Below, in pieces: positions 61,892 through 64,000 of a DNA stretch of 64,000 nucleotides. Origin of the DNA: Microbotryum violaceum (Eukaryota). The position numbers and the translations under genes are program-made. Position 1 is the stretch's first letter. The number at the start of each line of letters is the position of its first letter. The notes under the pieces were generated by a model that saw nothing but the letters and a program-made list of their open reading frames with translations, had not been told where the DNA came from and ran no database searches. The stretch lies in contig CDLV01000006.1 of the NCBI GenBank assembly GCA_001244265.2, positions 434,001 through 498,000 of the forward strand. Direction: 5' to 3'.

Positions 61892-63128
61892 GCCATACCT
61901 ACCATGAATAAAGCGCACGAAGAGGGGTTCAGCATCAGTCGAGTTGGTTGGCCAAATCAAGAGTGGGGCCATGCCGGGGGCTGGACGAGCTCAAATGATG
62001 TAATTGACTTTCGCGATTTACACAACAACGACCGCAGCTACCGGATACGGAAGTTCAAGGGTTGTACCGGCAATGTGCACGTGCACCCCAACTTGTCTCG
62101 CAATGCAAGATGCTACAGTACGTGAATCAGTGCCGGTAGCAACGAACGCCTGCGAACTATCGGGTGTTTCGACGGGGAGTGGTGCCTCGGTAAGGACACT
62201 CGAGGTGCCGTCGGCCGTGAGTCGGAACCTTCAGGGTGGATCACTTGAAGGAGCAGCAAATATTCTCGTCGACTGGTGACCGGGCGAGCGAGTCTGATTG
62301 ATCGATGACACGCACCTTTGGACCTCGGGTAGGGTCTTGTTCACTAAGAGGTGCCGGCGCGAGGAGTCGAAGCTCCTAAGAAAGAGTTTCACAGTGGTGC
62401 CAGCGGAGCCAGCGGAGCCAGCACAGGCGTCGAAGATGGGGGGGCAGTCTTCGGCGAGAGGTACGTGGGGATTTTTAGGTACTCGACATGTGGGGATCTC
62501 GGTGGTCCCTGCTTGAAAATGTGCTCGAGGGACGAGAGAAAATGGAAATTCTGACTCGGGCCTTCTTATGCCCCGCTCGCGCTGATGCGATGCATGCTAT
62601 ACGTGGGCCTACGCTAGTGCGCCGCTAACTTGCGCCATGCCCATCCATGCCCAGGCTTGCCCAGGCGCGCGCCACTTGGAGGGTCGCGAGTCGCACTTGC
62701 GCCGCCAATCTCGACCTCTGACCCCCACCCCAGTTGCCGCAGTCCCCTTCCCCTCATATCCCACTCCCCCACAAGCCGCTACTCTGAAACCGAACACGCT
62801 CACCCGTCTACCGCTGCCACTCGACTCGACTTTTCAGCTGTACGCCGCACTGACGACCTAGGCAGAAGCGCTTCACGCCGCGTGGGAAGCTCTAGTCGGC
62901 CTGGCTCTCTTGCCTGTCTAGCTCCAGCGACCGCCAGCCTTCCAGCGACCGTCAGCGCGCCAGCGACCACCGCGCCCAAGCAGCCTCAGCGTCAGCGCTC
63001 ACTTGATCCGTAACTTGTCCTCGTCGTCGTTCGCGTTCACGTTCGACCCAGATCTCGGATCGATTCTTTAGACCCCACACACACCATCTCTTCTCTTCTC
63101 TTGTTATCAATCACATCTCCACCAAGCC

Positions 63129-63746
63129 ATGTTGCCGCAACGCCAGAAGGTCGACATCAGCGTGAGCATCACCCCTCCGCCTCCTGGATCCCCCCTCCCC
63201 GCCCCCCCACCTGGTCGAGATTCGGGCCTGGGCCCTCCGCAACTGCAGCCTGAGTGGGACATCAGGACTGATCTTTGCCCCTTTCTCGCCCCTTTTGCCC
63301 CGACAGTCGTTCAGCGAGCAAGAGCGAGAGTTGTTTCAAAAATACGGCAAGGTCCCCAGCCACAAATCGCTCTTGGGCAACAAGTTGAAAGTGCGCTCGC
63401 TCATCACACATCCGGCCTCTGCTTAGTGTGCTTCTCACATGGACTGATTGCCCTACCTGTTTGGAATGTTCTCCTTCAGGAACGCAAGTACTTCGACTCG
63501 GGTGACTATGCTCTCTCCAAGGCTGGCGTCGAGCCTCAGCACATCGTTGGAAAAGCGATTCCTTCGCCCCAAGACATCCCACATGCCTCGCCGCCCAACA
63601 CAACCTCGGGCATCTCGACCAGTCCTTCCGGCACGACTTCGAACCAGGGCTTGAGCACCAGTCCCTCGGCATCGACGCAGCACTCATTCGCCAACACTTT
63701 CGGAAGTCCAGGCAAGGAACCGATCGGAACCGCCGTGCCTCAATAA
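63129..63746 (+). CDS. IGO1: Endosulfine/ARPP-19 (Igo1-like PP2A-B55 inhibitor), 2 introns
   Basis: LFQKYGKVP | ERKYFDSGDYALSKAG, GKAIPSPQDIP. Confidence 0.93.
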   Translation: MLPQRQKVDISVSITPPPPGSPLPAPPPGRDSGLGPPQLQPEWDIRTDLCPFLAPFAPTVVQRARARVVSKIRQGPQPQIALGQQVESALAHHTSGLCLVCFSHGLIALPVWNVLLQERKYFDSGDYALSKAGVEPQHIVGKAIPSPQDIPHASPPNTTSGISTSPSGTTSNQGLSTSPSASTQHSFANTFGSPGKEPIGTAVPQ

Positions 63747-64000
63747 GCCCCCGGCTTGGGACGACAGGGGTCTCTCTCGGGCTACAGCCGTGCAAATTCT
63801 CATTCTGTATTTTTTCGTCTTCACATCCCGCTCTATGCATGTTTTCGTCCAACCTTTTCCGTCCGGCTCCTGGGCCCATGACTTCCCTCACAATCCCGAC
63901 GCCGTTCCCGTTTCGTATTCCGATTCCGCCGTTACCTACCTCCGGCCTTGATTGGTACCAACTCCCTTCTTTTTCAAGTGAGCAGCATCAACGTGAACGT

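Overview
Intron-rich fungal genomic DNA, most consistent with a basidiomycete (Pucciniomycotina/Microbotryomycetes-like; taxonomy is my inference from gene style). About 18 housekeeping or conserved genes are present: two MFS transporters, a PHO80/PCL cyclin, a DUF676 lipase, a Utp8-like protein, GPI13, a small Cys-rich membrane protein, LYS2, a mitochondrial carrier, YPI1, glyoxylate reductase, a CAMK-type kinase, ALG6, a CaaX-tailed low-complexity protein, SDH6, cofilin and endosulfine. There is also a UDP-sugar transporter pseudogene. Between the genes sit several mobile elements. (i) An unclassified ~3.4-4.5 kb element occurs in two near-identical direct copies (382-3888, 17326-21798), with a terminal GC hairpin, an internal inverted repeat and independent nested insertions. 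(ii) A decayed DUF6589-type DNA transposon (~54.5-59.2 kb) has a related non-coding relic at ~6.2-7.8 kb. (iii) 5'-truncated non-LTR retroelement insertions carry TSDs, one ~150 bp upstream of LYS2. All calls come from reading the sequence; no database searches were run.
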